Positions 22,755 through 31,927 of a stretch of DNA of 60,865 nt are shown here, one piece after another. Position numbers and translations under genes: made by a program. This stretch comes from Spirochaetota bacterium (lineage in GTDB: Bacteria > Spirochaetota > Spirochaetia > Treponematales > UBA12059). Each line of letters begins with the position of its first letter. Position 1 is the first letter of the stretch. The stretch is from assembly GCA_020048755.1 (NCBI GenBank), contig JAIFMD010000002.1, positions 1 to 60,865 on the forward strand, given 5' to 3'. The notes below the pieces were generated by a model. It was not told the origin of the DNA. It did no database searches and saw nothing but the letters and a program-made list of their open reading frames with translations.

Positions 22755-25334
22755 CTAATCAAGCATTCTAACGTCTACTTCCTGAGGCACTGTAATGACA
22801 GGTTCACTCTGAAGGGCTCCCTGCGGTTTCAAGGCAGGTCCTCCGGGTGTTGTAGACTGAGCTTCCATACTGCGAAGCAGCATATCGATGTCGCTGAGAT
22901 CAAAGTCAAGAGTTGCATTGATTTGCCCCCCGCCAATGATATCCTGTTGTCCTGACAAGTTCCGGATCGCTGATTCTGCCTGTTCGGATTTGAATTTATG
23001 TAGATCGCAGGAGGTTCGAGGTTGGGTACCTTCATAATAGGTCAGGGTTACGGTACCTTCGTCACAGAAATTCGTCGGCAATAAACCTGAGACCGCGCAG
23101 ACGGTGACGTCAATCAATCCTGTCTGGGGTCTGATGAAATTCTTGTATGGCAGTCCTCGATGTATATCAGCCATATAATTAGCCCAGGCCAGGCCAGCAA
23201 TTGCGGCTCCAGACTGACTGACACCCAGCGAATTGCCCGGCCTGTCAAAGCCGAACCAGATGGCTGTTGTCATGTAAGGAGTAAAGCCCACAGTCCAGGC
23301 GTCGGCCCAGTTCTGGGTTGTACCGGTTTTCCCTGCAGACGGGATGGTATATCGATTTCCATCCGGATCTTTATAGGTAAAGATGGCTCCCGAAGCTGTT
23401 GGATAGGCGAGGGTTCCATCCTTGACGACACGTTTGAGAAGATCAGTCATCACGAAGGCGTTTTGTGGTGATATGACCTGGATATCGGAGCCTTTTTTAC
23501 TCTGCGCAGCCCTCAGATCCTTCTCTGGTTCCAGAATTGAACGTCCGGACCGATCATCTATTGAACGTATCGCAATGGGGCTGACTTCCCGGCCCTGGTT
23601 GGCGAATATTGAGAACGCTCGTGCCATCTTCAGTGGAGAAACCTGACTGATTCCCAAGGCTAACGGATAAACCCTTGGAAACGTCATCCGGATCTCGTCC
23701 GGAGAGGTAATGCCCAGCAAAGTCGCTGCCCGGTTTATAGCAGCATCGAAACCTATGCCGTCCAGAACTTTTACCGAGGGTACATTCATCGATTTTGCGA
23801 GTGCAAACCAGGTCAGCACTTGTCCTTGCCACTCGCCTTTGTAGTTCAATGGAATATATGGGGTGCCATCCTCATTGTAGAAGACGACGGGTGCATCATA
23901 TATAAGCGTACCCGGGGTAAAACGCCTGGAATCGATGGCTGCCGAGTAATAGAGTGGCTTGAAGCAGGAGCCCGGCATCAGTTTTGCCTGCGTGGCGCGA
24001 ATCAACTGGTTCGATTGTTCAAATTTTGAACCTCCTACCAGTGCCTTTATATATCCTGTCTCATTGTCGATTGTGATTAGAGCACCTTCTACGGTGTTTT
24101 TTTCCAGCTGGGTCTTGGAGAGGCCGTAACTGGCATTGGTAGCTGCCTTCAACGGTTCAAGACCAAACATCAGTGCCAATGCATCGATGGTAGGATTTAT
24201 GTTCTGCCGATAAAAGTCCATCGACTTGCTGCGAATTTTGGTTTCATTGAAAAAGATATTTTCAAGGTTGAACGCCAGGCCAAGCATTTCCGCCATTGGT
24301 GCATAAATGCGCTCAGCCTCGCGAAGGCGCTGAGAGCTTGATGCGGCGTATTCCTTGTTTACCTGGGCGATGTATCGGTTCATGTAAGAATCAGCAATGG
24401 CCTGATAGTCCAGATCAAGCGTGGTATGTATTGTCAGACCATCTTTGTATAAGTCTGTGGAACCATACAGCATGTCTTCCAGTTGCCTGCGGACATATTC
24501 GCTGAACCATGGAGCCTTGTCATCCCGGGCATAGAAAGCGTCATTCGCGACGCGGGTATAATCATAATTATCCCAATGCAGGGCAAAAGAAGTATCTGCT
24601 TCTTCTGCATCGACGTACCCCAGTTCAATCATCTGGTTGAGTACTTCCCGTGAGCGCTCACGCGCGATGTTGGGATTCCGAATCGGGTTGTATCGAGTGG
24701 GACTCGATAACTGGATAACGAGTATGGCTGCTTCAGCGATCGTAATGTCTTTGGCGGAATGGCCGAAAAAATATTTGCTCGCGGCTTCAACGCCGTAAAC
24801 TCCCGGACCCATGATCATCCGGTTCATGTACATCTCGAGTATCTCCTGCTTGGAGAAGCGCCGCTCGAGCTGGAGCGCCCACCATAGTTCCACGAATTTA
24901 CGACGGAAACTGATGTCGCGGCGGTCAGCGTAGAGCGTTCCGGCGAGTTGGAGGGTGATTGTAGAGCCGCCGCCGAGGTTCTTGCCTGTCAGGATGCCGA
25001 TAAACGCACGCGCATAGCTTCTTACTGTAAATCCATGATGCGTCCAAAACGGCTTGTCCTCGCGCGTGACGAGGGCATCTATAAGATGTTGCGGGACGTC
25101 TTTGATGGAAACGATCTCACGCTTCTCACTGGAGGCGAATTCGGTGATGAGGCGGCCTTCACTATCAAGAAGCCTGGAAGGCAAAGGCGGATCGAACGTA
25201 GAGAAATTTTCTATCGAAACTATATTGCGGACTGAAGCGATTGCGACACCGAACATGACACCCAATACGATCATTGTCAAAATGACTGTAATGGTGAGAA
25301 TTTTGAATGTGGTTCTGATGTGACGGCCAGACAT
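22755..25334 (-). CDS. PBP1A-family bifunctional peptidoglycan glycosyltransferase/transpeptidase
   Basis: N-terminal TM. GT51 motifs REDKPFWTHHGF and GGSTITLQL. Transpeptidase motifs SCFK (SxxK) and KTGTT. Confidence 0.93.
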   Translation of the reverse strand: MSGRHIRTTFKILTITVILTMIVLGVMFGVAIASVRNIVSIENFSTFDPPLPSRLLDSEGRLITEFASSEKREIVSIKDVPQHLIDALVTREDKPFWTHHGFTVRSYARAFIGILTGKNLGGGSTITLQLAGTLYADRRDISFRRKFVELWWALQLERRFSKQEILEMYMNRMIMGPGVYGVEAASKYFFGHSAKDITIAEAAILVIQLSSPTRYNPIRNPNIARERSREVLNQMIELGYVDAEEADTSFALHWDNYDYTRVANDAFYARDDKAPWFSEYVRRQLEDMLYGSTDLYKDGLTIHTTLDLDYQAIADSYMNRYIAQVNKEYAASSSQRLREAERIYAPMAEMLGLAFNLENIFFNETKIRSKSMDFYRQNINPTIDALALMFGLEPLKAATNASYGLSKTQLEKNTVEGALITIDNETGYIKALVGGSKFEQSNQLIRATQAKLMPGSCFKPLYYSAAIDSRRFTPGTLIYDAPVVFYNEDGTPYIPLNYKGEWQGQVLTWFALAKSMNVPSVKVLDGIGFDAAINRAATLLGITSPDEIRMTFPRVYPLALGISQVSPLKMARAFSIFANQGREVSPIAIRSIDDRSGRSILEPEKDLRAAQSKKGSDIQVISPQNAFVMTDLLKRVVKDGTLAYPTASGAIFTYKDPDGNRYTIPSAGKTGTTQNWADAWTVGFTPYMTTAIWFGFDRPGNSLGVSQSGAAIAGLAWANYMADIHRGLPYKNFIRPQTGLIDVTVCAVSGLLPTNFCDEGTVTLTYYEGTQPRTSCDLHKFKSEQAESAIRNLSGQQDIIGGGQINATLDFDLSDIDMLLRSMEAQSTTPGGPALKPQGALQSEPVITVPQEVDVRMLD

Positions 25335-25344
25335 TTCGGATCAA

Positions 25345-25374
25345 ATCGTACGCGAAACGTCTCTTCAAGGTCAA
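25345..25374 (-). promoter_or_regulatory. Candidate sigma70-type promoter for PBP1A giving a near-leaderless mRNA
   Basis: Minus strand reads TTGACC (25374-25369), 18 nt, TACGAT (25350-25345). The ATG lies 10 nt downstream and has no SD. Confidence 0.3.
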
Positions 25375-25405
25375 GCTCGAGGCTCTGGTGGACTGGCGGC
25401 TGGCA

Positions 25406-25436
25406 ATAAAAAGGCCGGTCTGCGCGACCGGCCCGC
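25406..25436 (-). terminator. Rho-independent terminator (minus strand) with no annotated gene upstream of it
   Basis: Minus strand reads GGCCGGTC-gcgca-GACCGGCC followed by TTTTTAT. Confidence 0.6.
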
Positions 25437-25583
25437 CCTGACAGGCTGCAGGCTACAACCATGGCAAATTGGGAGGGGAGCCATGATCGCGCCTTACACT
25501 ATGAATATCGGTTGAGTTCAAGGAAATTTTAGAGAAAATATTTGCATGGTTGACCTATAAGCACGTATATTTATTCAGCGCAT

Positions 25584-25612
25584 TGACGGACGATTCTACT
25601 TGAAGGTATCAT
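25584..25612 (+). promoter_or_regulatory. Candidate promoter of the gap operon
   Basis: TTGACG (25584-25589), 17 nt, TATCAT (25607-25612). The -10 lies inside the palindrome GTATCA-TAT-TGATAC. Confidence 0.45.
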
Positions 25613-25617
25613 ATTGA

Positions 25618-26739
<1,122 letters not shown>

Positions 26740-26751
26740 ACTTTGCCTGGA

Positions 26752-26783
26752 ACGGCCCGCCTGGAATGGCGGGCCGTTTTTCT
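26752..26783 (+). terminator. Intrinsic terminator/attenuator between gap and pgk
   Basis: ACGGCCCGCC-tggaat-GGCGGGCCGT followed by TTTTT. Confidence 0.7.
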
Positions 26784-26836
26784 ATGAATGACAGCTTCAT
26801 GCAAACCGCTGTCCTTCCAGAGTTCGGAGGATATTC

Positions 26837-28096
26837 ATGATTAAGACGATCAAGGACGTTGCTCTTGCCGGTAAACGCATCATTATGCGCGTAGATTTCA
26901 ACGTACCCATGAAAGACGGTGTAGTTCAGGATGATACCAGGATTGTAGCCGCCATACCTTCCATTGAATACATACTTGCCAAGGGTGCCAAAAGCATAGT
27001 GCTGATGAGCCATCTGGGAGATCCCAAAAAGGATGCCAAGAAAGCCAAAGAGAAGGCTGAACAGGCTGGAAAACCATGGGACGAGGAAAAATATCTTGCA
27101 GGAAAGCACCGAATGCGTCCCGTTGCCGGGTATCTTGCGAACAAGCTTGGCCGCCCTGTCATCTTTGCTGGTGAAGATGGATGCTACGGAAAGCTATCGT
27201 TTATCGAAGCCCAGGCAGCTGGTTCAATAATAATGCTTGAAAACACCCGTTTTCATAAAGAAGAAACGAGCGAAGATCCTGCCGAGCGCGACAAGCTGGC
27301 ATCAGTACTGGCTACCTATGGCGATGTTTTTGTAAATGATGCCTTTGGCACTGCACACCGAGACCATGCCTCAACTGCATCCATAGCCAAGTTCATGAAG
27401 GTGGCCGCAGGCGGTTTCCTCATGGACAAGGAAGTAACGTATCTGGAGCCTATCGTGACAAATCCGCCCAAGCCTTTGGTCGCGATAATCGGTGGTGCTA
27501 AAGTCAGTTCCAAGATTGCCGTTCTGGAGAGCCTGCTCAGGAATGCTTCTGCCTTGGTCATCGGTGGTGGCATGGCTTTTACATTCCTCAAGTCACAGGG
27601 TTATTCGGTCGGCAGTTCTCTTGTCGAGGATGACCAATTGAGTACCGCCAGACAGATCCTGGATGCTGCAAAAAAGGCCGGGGTAGAAATTGTCCTGCCG
27701 GTTGACCATGTGTGCGCGGAAAAATTCGACGCAACTGCGGTGCCGAAACCCATAGACGGTGCGGACATACCTGAAGGCTTAATGGGGCTGGACGTCGGTC
27801 CGAAAACGGTAGAAAAATACAAGGCAGTCCTGTCCAAAGCAAAAAGCATAGTCTGGAACGGGCCTGTCGGCGTGTTCGAGTTCGATGCATTTGCCAGGGG
27901 CACAGAGCAGGTCGCCAGGCTTGTCGCCGAGGCAACGGGGCGCGGGGTCATAACGGTTGTCGGCGGTGGAGATTCTGTCGCGGCAGTCAATAAATTCAAG
28001 CTTGCTGATAAGATGAGCCATGTTTCTACAGGCGGCGGTGCATCACTCGAACTTCTTGAAGGCAAGAAACTTCCAGGCATTGAAGTCTGTCGATAA
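26837..28096 (+). CDS. pgk: Phosphoglycerate kinase
   Basis: RVDFNVP, SHLG.P, FGTAHR, GGGDS, STGGGASLE. GGAGGA SD. Confidence 0.97.
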   Translation: MIKTIKDVALAGKRIIMRVDFNVPMKDGVVQDDTRIVAAIPSIEYILAKGAKSIVLMSHLGDPKKDAKKAKEKAEQAGKPWDEEKYLAGKHRMRPVAGYLANKLGRPVIFAGEDGCYGKLSFIEAQAAGSIIMLENTRFHKEETSEDPAERDKLASVLATYGDVFVNDAFGTAHRDHASTASIAKFMKVAAGGFLMDKEVTYLEPIVTNPPKPLVAIIGGAKVSSKIAVLESLLRNASALVIGGGMAFTFLKSQGYSVGSSLVEDDQLSTARQILDAAKKAGVEIVLPVDHVCAEKFDATAVPKPIDGADIPEGLMGLDVGPKTVEKYKAVLSKAKSIVWNGPVGVFEFDAFARGTEQVARLVAEATGRGVITVVGGGDSVAAVNKFKLADKMSHVSTGGGASLELLEGKKLPGIEVCR

Positions 28097-28123
28097 ATCA
28101 AATTGATATCAGGAGATACATAT

Positions 28124-28876
28124 ATGAGGAAATACTACATAGCCGGCAACTGGAAAATGCATAAAACGGTGTCCGAATCAGTAACGCTTGCAAAGTCCCT
28201 GGTAAGTGAACTTGGATCCTGTGGAGAGCGGGTAATGATAGCCCCGGCGTTTACAGCCCTCGCAGCCGTAGCGGAGGTTGTCAAGGGCACCAGCATAATC
28301 CTCGGTGCCCAGAACATGGGCCCAGACTTGCAGGGTGCTCATACTGGCGAAATTTCACCACTCATGCTCAAGGATATTGGTGTCAAAGCCGTGATTCTGG
28401 GACATTCTGAACGACGTCATTCCTATGGGGAATCCGATGCGCTCATCAACAAGAAGGTACTGCTCGCGCTTGCACAGGCTCTTGAGCCTATCCTATGCGT
28501 CGGAGAAACTCTCGAAGAGCGTGAAGGCGGCAAGCTTGAGTCTGTTGTTGGAACCCAGTTGCGCGAAGGGCTTAAAGGAGTTGCCGCTACAGTACTCGAC
28601 AAGGTAACCATCGCCTATGAGCCTGTCTGGGCCATAGGTACCGGCAAAACGGCTACTCCCGAGGATGCGGATGCCGTGCATGCCTACATCCGCACAGTAC
28701 TTGCCGGGCTTTACAGTGAAGCTGCCGCGAAGTCCATGTGCATACAGTACGGTGGATCTGTGAAAGCCGAAAATGCGGCTGAACTCATGGCCAAGCCCAA
28801 TATCGATGGAGCATTGGTCGGTGGTGCTGCGCTCAAGGTAGAAACGTTCGGTCCAATTGCCCAATTCAGATCCTGA
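28124..28876 (+). CDS. tpiA: Triose-phosphate isomerase
   Basis: MRKYYIAGNWKMH, ILGHSERR, AYEPVWAIGTG, YGGSV. AGGAG lies upstream of ATG 28124. The track start at 28103 is over-extended. Confidence 0.95.
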   Translation: MRKYYIAGNWKMHKTVSESVTLAKSLVSELGSCGERVMIAPAFTALAAVAEVVKGTSIILGAQNMGPDLQGAHTGEISPLMLKDIGVKAVILGHSERRHSYGESDALINKKVLLALAQALEPILCVGETLEEREGGKLESVVGTQLREGLKGVAATVLDKVTIAYEPVWAIGTGKTATPEDADAVHAYIRTVLAGLYSEAAAKSMCIQYGGSVKAENAAELMAKPNIDGALVGGAALKVETFGPIAQFRS

Positions 28877-28895
28877 CGGAACTACAGTTGGGTTA

Positions 28896-28925
28896 GAGGC
28901 GGCGCGATGCTACTTGCGCCGCCTC
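28896..28925 (+). terminator. Perfect 10-bp GC-rich hairpin after tpiA (weak terminator or processing site)
   Basis: GAGGCGGCGC-gatgctactt-GCGCCGCCTC. Only a short T-run follows. Confidence 0.4.
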
Positions 28926-28932
28926 GATAATT

Positions 28933-28941
28933 TGGTATAGT
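28933..28941 (+). promoter_or_regulatory. Extended -10 element (TGgTATAGT) upstream of secG
   Basis: tttGGTATAGTat lies 64 nt upstream of the secG ATG. Confidence 0.35.
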
Positions 28942-29004
28942 ATCGCCGGAAGTGGCGTCTACAATGACCGCGACGCAGACCCAATTCAAATCGGAGTCGT
29001 ACAA

Positions 29005-29379
29005 ATGGGTGTTTTTGGCATAGTTCTTCTGGTTCTGTTTTCTATTGTTTGTGCCTTGCTGATTTTCATGGTCGTCATACAGGATCAGGAAGGTGAAGGC
29101 CTGGGAGGCTTGTTCTCAGGTGCAGGAAATGCAGCCTTCGGGTCAAGATCATCCAACGTGATCGTGCGGTTCACGTATATACTCGGCGCCTTGTTCTTTA
29201 TCATTGCGTTTACCCTGGCTGTCATGCAACCCAAGTCTTCAAATGATAAAGGTGTTCTGCAAGCTGCCCAGGAATCGCAGGGCACTGGGTTGTACAGGCA
29301 AGATCAGCCCGAGGCTCCTGCAGCAGAGGCTGTTGCCCCACTGACAACTACCACCGAGACAGCCCCCGCCAAGCCTTAG
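29005..29379 (+). CDS. secG: Preprotein translocase subunit SecG
   Basis: Two TM segments flank GLGGLFSGAGNAAFGSRS. The position after tpiA is common. Confidence 0.85.
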   Translation: MGVFGIVLLVLFSIVCALLIFMVVIQDQEGEGLGGLFSGAGNAAFGSRSSNVIVRFTYILGALFFIIAFTLAVMQPKSSNDKGVLQAAQESQGTGLYRQDQPEAPAAEAVAPLTTTTETAPAKP

Positions 29380-29398
29380 TATATTCATGTCCTCCAGC

Positions 29399-29457
29399 AC
29401 ACTCACATCCCGCAGTATGTTCCTCTGGAACAGTAAACCTGCGGGTGGAGCGTGTGG
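29399..29457 (+). other. Nested stem-loop after secG (no U-tract)
   Basis: The outer arms cacac...cccgcag / ctgcggg...gtgtg pair as 7 bp plus 5 bp. An inner hairpin gttcc-tct-ggaac sits between them. Confidence 0.3.
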
Positions 29458-29555
29458 TGAATTGCTAAAAATTCTGGAAGAACTCGTTGATCATGAACGG
29501 TCAGCGAGTTCTTTTGTCATGGATCACCGTACTAAGTATTACTGACGTTAGGCTC

Positions 29556-30365
29556 GTGAAAGATTTCTACGCCATCATCGGGGTACCACCTGAAGCCTCC
29601 CAGAAAGAGATAAAAAGTGCTTTTCGCAAGAAGGCCAAGGCACGTCATCCAGATACCGGTGGTACAGACGAAGCAGCGATGCGCCTGGTTCTGGAAGCGT
29701 ATCGTACGCTTTCCGATGCACAATCGAGGCGGGAATACGATAGGGGTCGCCTCCGGCTGATACCACATGGTCAGGGTGCTGCATTTGATTACCGGATTTG
29801 GCTTCTGGAGCGACTTGAAGATCCTGAATACATCGCCAAGCTTGTGTTTTATGATCTCCTGCATGATCTTGAAGACGAAGCCTTATCCATGTATGAACGA
29901 ATACGCGATACGGACCAAGGTCGTCTGGAACGTTTTTTCGAGAGACCAGAAGCTATGGATGCCGAATTCTGCATAGCGGAAGAGTATGCGACCCGCGGCC
30001 GTTTTGTTGATGCGTACCGTGTCATGAAGCGACTCATTTTGATGGAGCAGCAGTCTTCTGGCTTTGGCTATTTCTATGAGGTTGTATTGCTTCGCTTCAG
30101 ACGCCTGATTCTTGTGGATCTTGCCAGAGTATTGGAAGCTGAAATCTATCTTGAAACGTTGCAGGAATCCATAGAAATACGTAGTTCTGCTGAAAACGAT
30201 GCCCAGTTCCTGAGAAAACGGGCAGAACTTCTGTTCCAGCTGGGGCGGACTCCAGAGGCCAGAACAGCTATTTCCCGAGCGTCGGTTCTGGCTCCAAAGA
30301 TGCCTGGCCTGAAAGCACTTGTCAGGAAGATTTCCGGAACCCTTATGAATTCCGGGCCGCCTTGA
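29556..30365 (+). CDS. J-domain (DnaJ-like) protein with helical/TPR-like C-terminal region
   Basis: KDFYAIIGVPPEASQKEIKSAFRKKAKARHPDTGG (HPD motif). The J-domain should sit at the N-terminus, so GTG 29556 is preferred. Alternatives are TTG 29487 and ATG 29493. Confidence 0.75.
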   Translation: MKDFYAIIGVPPEASQKEIKSAFRKKAKARHPDTGGTDEAAMRLVLEAYRTLSDAQSRREYDRGRLRLIPHGQGAAFDYRIWLLERLEDPEYIAKLVFYDLLHDLEDEALSMYERIRDTDQGRLERFFERPEAMDAEFCIAEEYATRGRFVDAYRVMKRLILMEQQSSGFGYFYEVVLLRFRRLILVDLARVLEAEIYLETLQESIEIRSSAENDAQFLRKRAELLFQLGRTPEARTAISRASVLAPKMPGLKALVRKISGTLMNSGPP

Positions 30366-30468
30366 ATAGACTGTATGTTTTCCATTAACCTATATGATCC
30401 TTTAATTGTTATATTGCTAGGTCAGGCTACTTGTCTTTCCGAAAAATCGAAAGCTCCTGGAGATTTCA

Positions 30469-31500
30469 ATGCAGAAGAACTTTTTTGTACTAACCGCACT
30501 GTGCCTCATGCTGCTACCTCTATGGGCGCAACCCATGAGCGGTACCAGCCTTGGAGCCCCATTGGCTACGGTCAAACTGACAAAAATAGAAGTCGTCTCC
30601 GATAAAACATTCAAGGAAGACGTTGCAAAACTGGAATCAAGTCTCGGAAAAACCCTTGGTACCGATGAGCGGAAGGCGTATCTTGACGATGTGATCAACG
30701 ACCTGCTCTTCTACCAGATGTGCGACCGTGATGGCATTAAAGTAAGCGAAGGCGAAATTGATTCCTATATTGCAAAACTTCGTGGGCAGCGTCCTTCAGG
30801 AGAAACCGATCAACAGTTCTCTGCCTACCTGGCAACGCAGGGGATTCCATATTCCGATCTCAGGACGTACTACAAGAAACAGGTGCTCATACAACGATGG
30901 CTTATGAGTACGAAATCCGCGGAAATTTCTGCCATTCCCCCCATCAGTACCAATGAAATCCTGACGACGTATGATCTTTATAAATCAAGACTTGTCAGAC
31001 CCGATACAGTGAAAATTGCATTTCTTTTTTATCAATTCAAGGATGGCAATGCTACTGAACGCGCAAAAGGCGCTGAAACGATGAAGAAACTTTCAGAACA
31101 ACTCAACAAGGGCGATTCCTTTGATGTGCTTCGCTTGAAGGCTCAGGAGAGCGGATATGCGGCTAACAAGGATCCCATCTACTTTGAGCGAAGCGATGTG
31201 TTCATCTCCCAATTCGGCAAGGTTTTTTATGACATGGTTTTTTCCTTGAAGGATGGAACCAATTCCATGCCCTTTGAGACTGAAGCAGGCTGGTGGATCA
31301 TACGAAGGATGGAATATCTCCCTCAGAAACAGCTTGAACTCTCTGACCCATACAGGCTGGGGCAAGCCGGTACAGTCCAGGATTACATAGGCCAGCTATT
31401 GTCCAAACAGCGTGAAACGGAATTTCTGCAGAAAACATTCAATGAGCTTTTTAAGAAACTCCGCGCTCAGGCGGATATCAAGATCATAGGAAAGCCCTGA
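30469..31500 (+). CDS. SurA/PrsA-like periplasmic chaperone (SurA-N plus parvulin-like domain)
   Basis: Signal peptide, DDVINDLLFYQ...SEGEIDSYI (SurA_N-like), and a later PpiC-like segment ...EAGWWIIRRME. Confidence 0.65.
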   Translation: MQKNFFVLTALCLMLLPLWAQPMSGTSLGAPLATVKLTKIEVVSDKTFKEDVAKLESSLGKTLGTDERKAYLDDVINDLLFYQMCDRDGIKVSEGEIDSYIAKLRGQRPSGETDQQFSAYLATQGIPYSDLRTYYKKQVLIQRWLMSTKSAEISAIPPISTNEILTTYDLYKSRLVRPDTVKIAFLFYQFKDGNATERAKGAETMKKLSEQLNKGDSFDVLRLKAQESGYAANKDPIYFERSDVFISQFGKVFYDMVFSLKDGTNSMPFETEAGWWIIRRMEYLPQKQLELSDPYRLGQAGTVQDYIGQLLSKQRETEFLQKTFNELFKKLRAQADIKIIGKP

Positions 31501-31501
31501 T

Positions 31502-31927
31502 ATGGCTTCCCGGCGTAAAGCTAGAATCGTAGCGTTCCAGGCCTTGTACGCATGGGACGCATCATCTATGAATTTTGATGAACTTCTCTCTTTTTCATGG
31601 CTTGGTGAAGATTCAGCCGCGAGTACCGATGAGGAACTCAAGACTTTTGCTGGTCTCATCGTCTCTGGGACCATAGAAAACATTGCAGAGATCGATGCGG
31701 ATATAAAAAAACATCTGGAACACTGGGCTTTTGAGCGCCTCAAGAAGGTCGATCTGGCGATTTTACGGGTCTCCGTGTATTCCCTTGTATTTCAGACCGA
31801 CATCCCGGCGCAGATTACGATAGATGAAGCCATAGAAATCGCCAAGGAATTCGGAGCGGAGGATTCCTACCGTTTCATCAACGGCGTACTGGATGCCGTA
31901 TGGAAAGAGCACCGCTCCGCAAGCTGA
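31502..31927 (+). CDS. nusB: Transcription antitermination factor NusB
   Basis: SRRKARIVAFQALYAWD..., DLAILRVSVYSL, and EAIEIAKEFG...SYRFINGVLD. Confidence 0.92.
   Translation: MASRRKARIVAFQALYAWDASSMNFDELLSFSWLGEDSAASTDEELKTFAGLIVSGTIENIAEIDADIKKHLEHWAFERLKKVDLAILRVSVYSLVFQTDIPAQITIDEAIEIAKEFGAEDSYRFINGVLDAVWKEHRSAS

Noticed and set aside
25277-25462. 61-aa minus-strand ORF, and a 37-codon ORF starting at about 25483, in the PBP1A upstream region
   Set aside because: Both read straight through the intrinsic terminator hairpin, and one runs into the PBP1A coding start in another frame. They are more likely non-coding leader or sRNA sequence.
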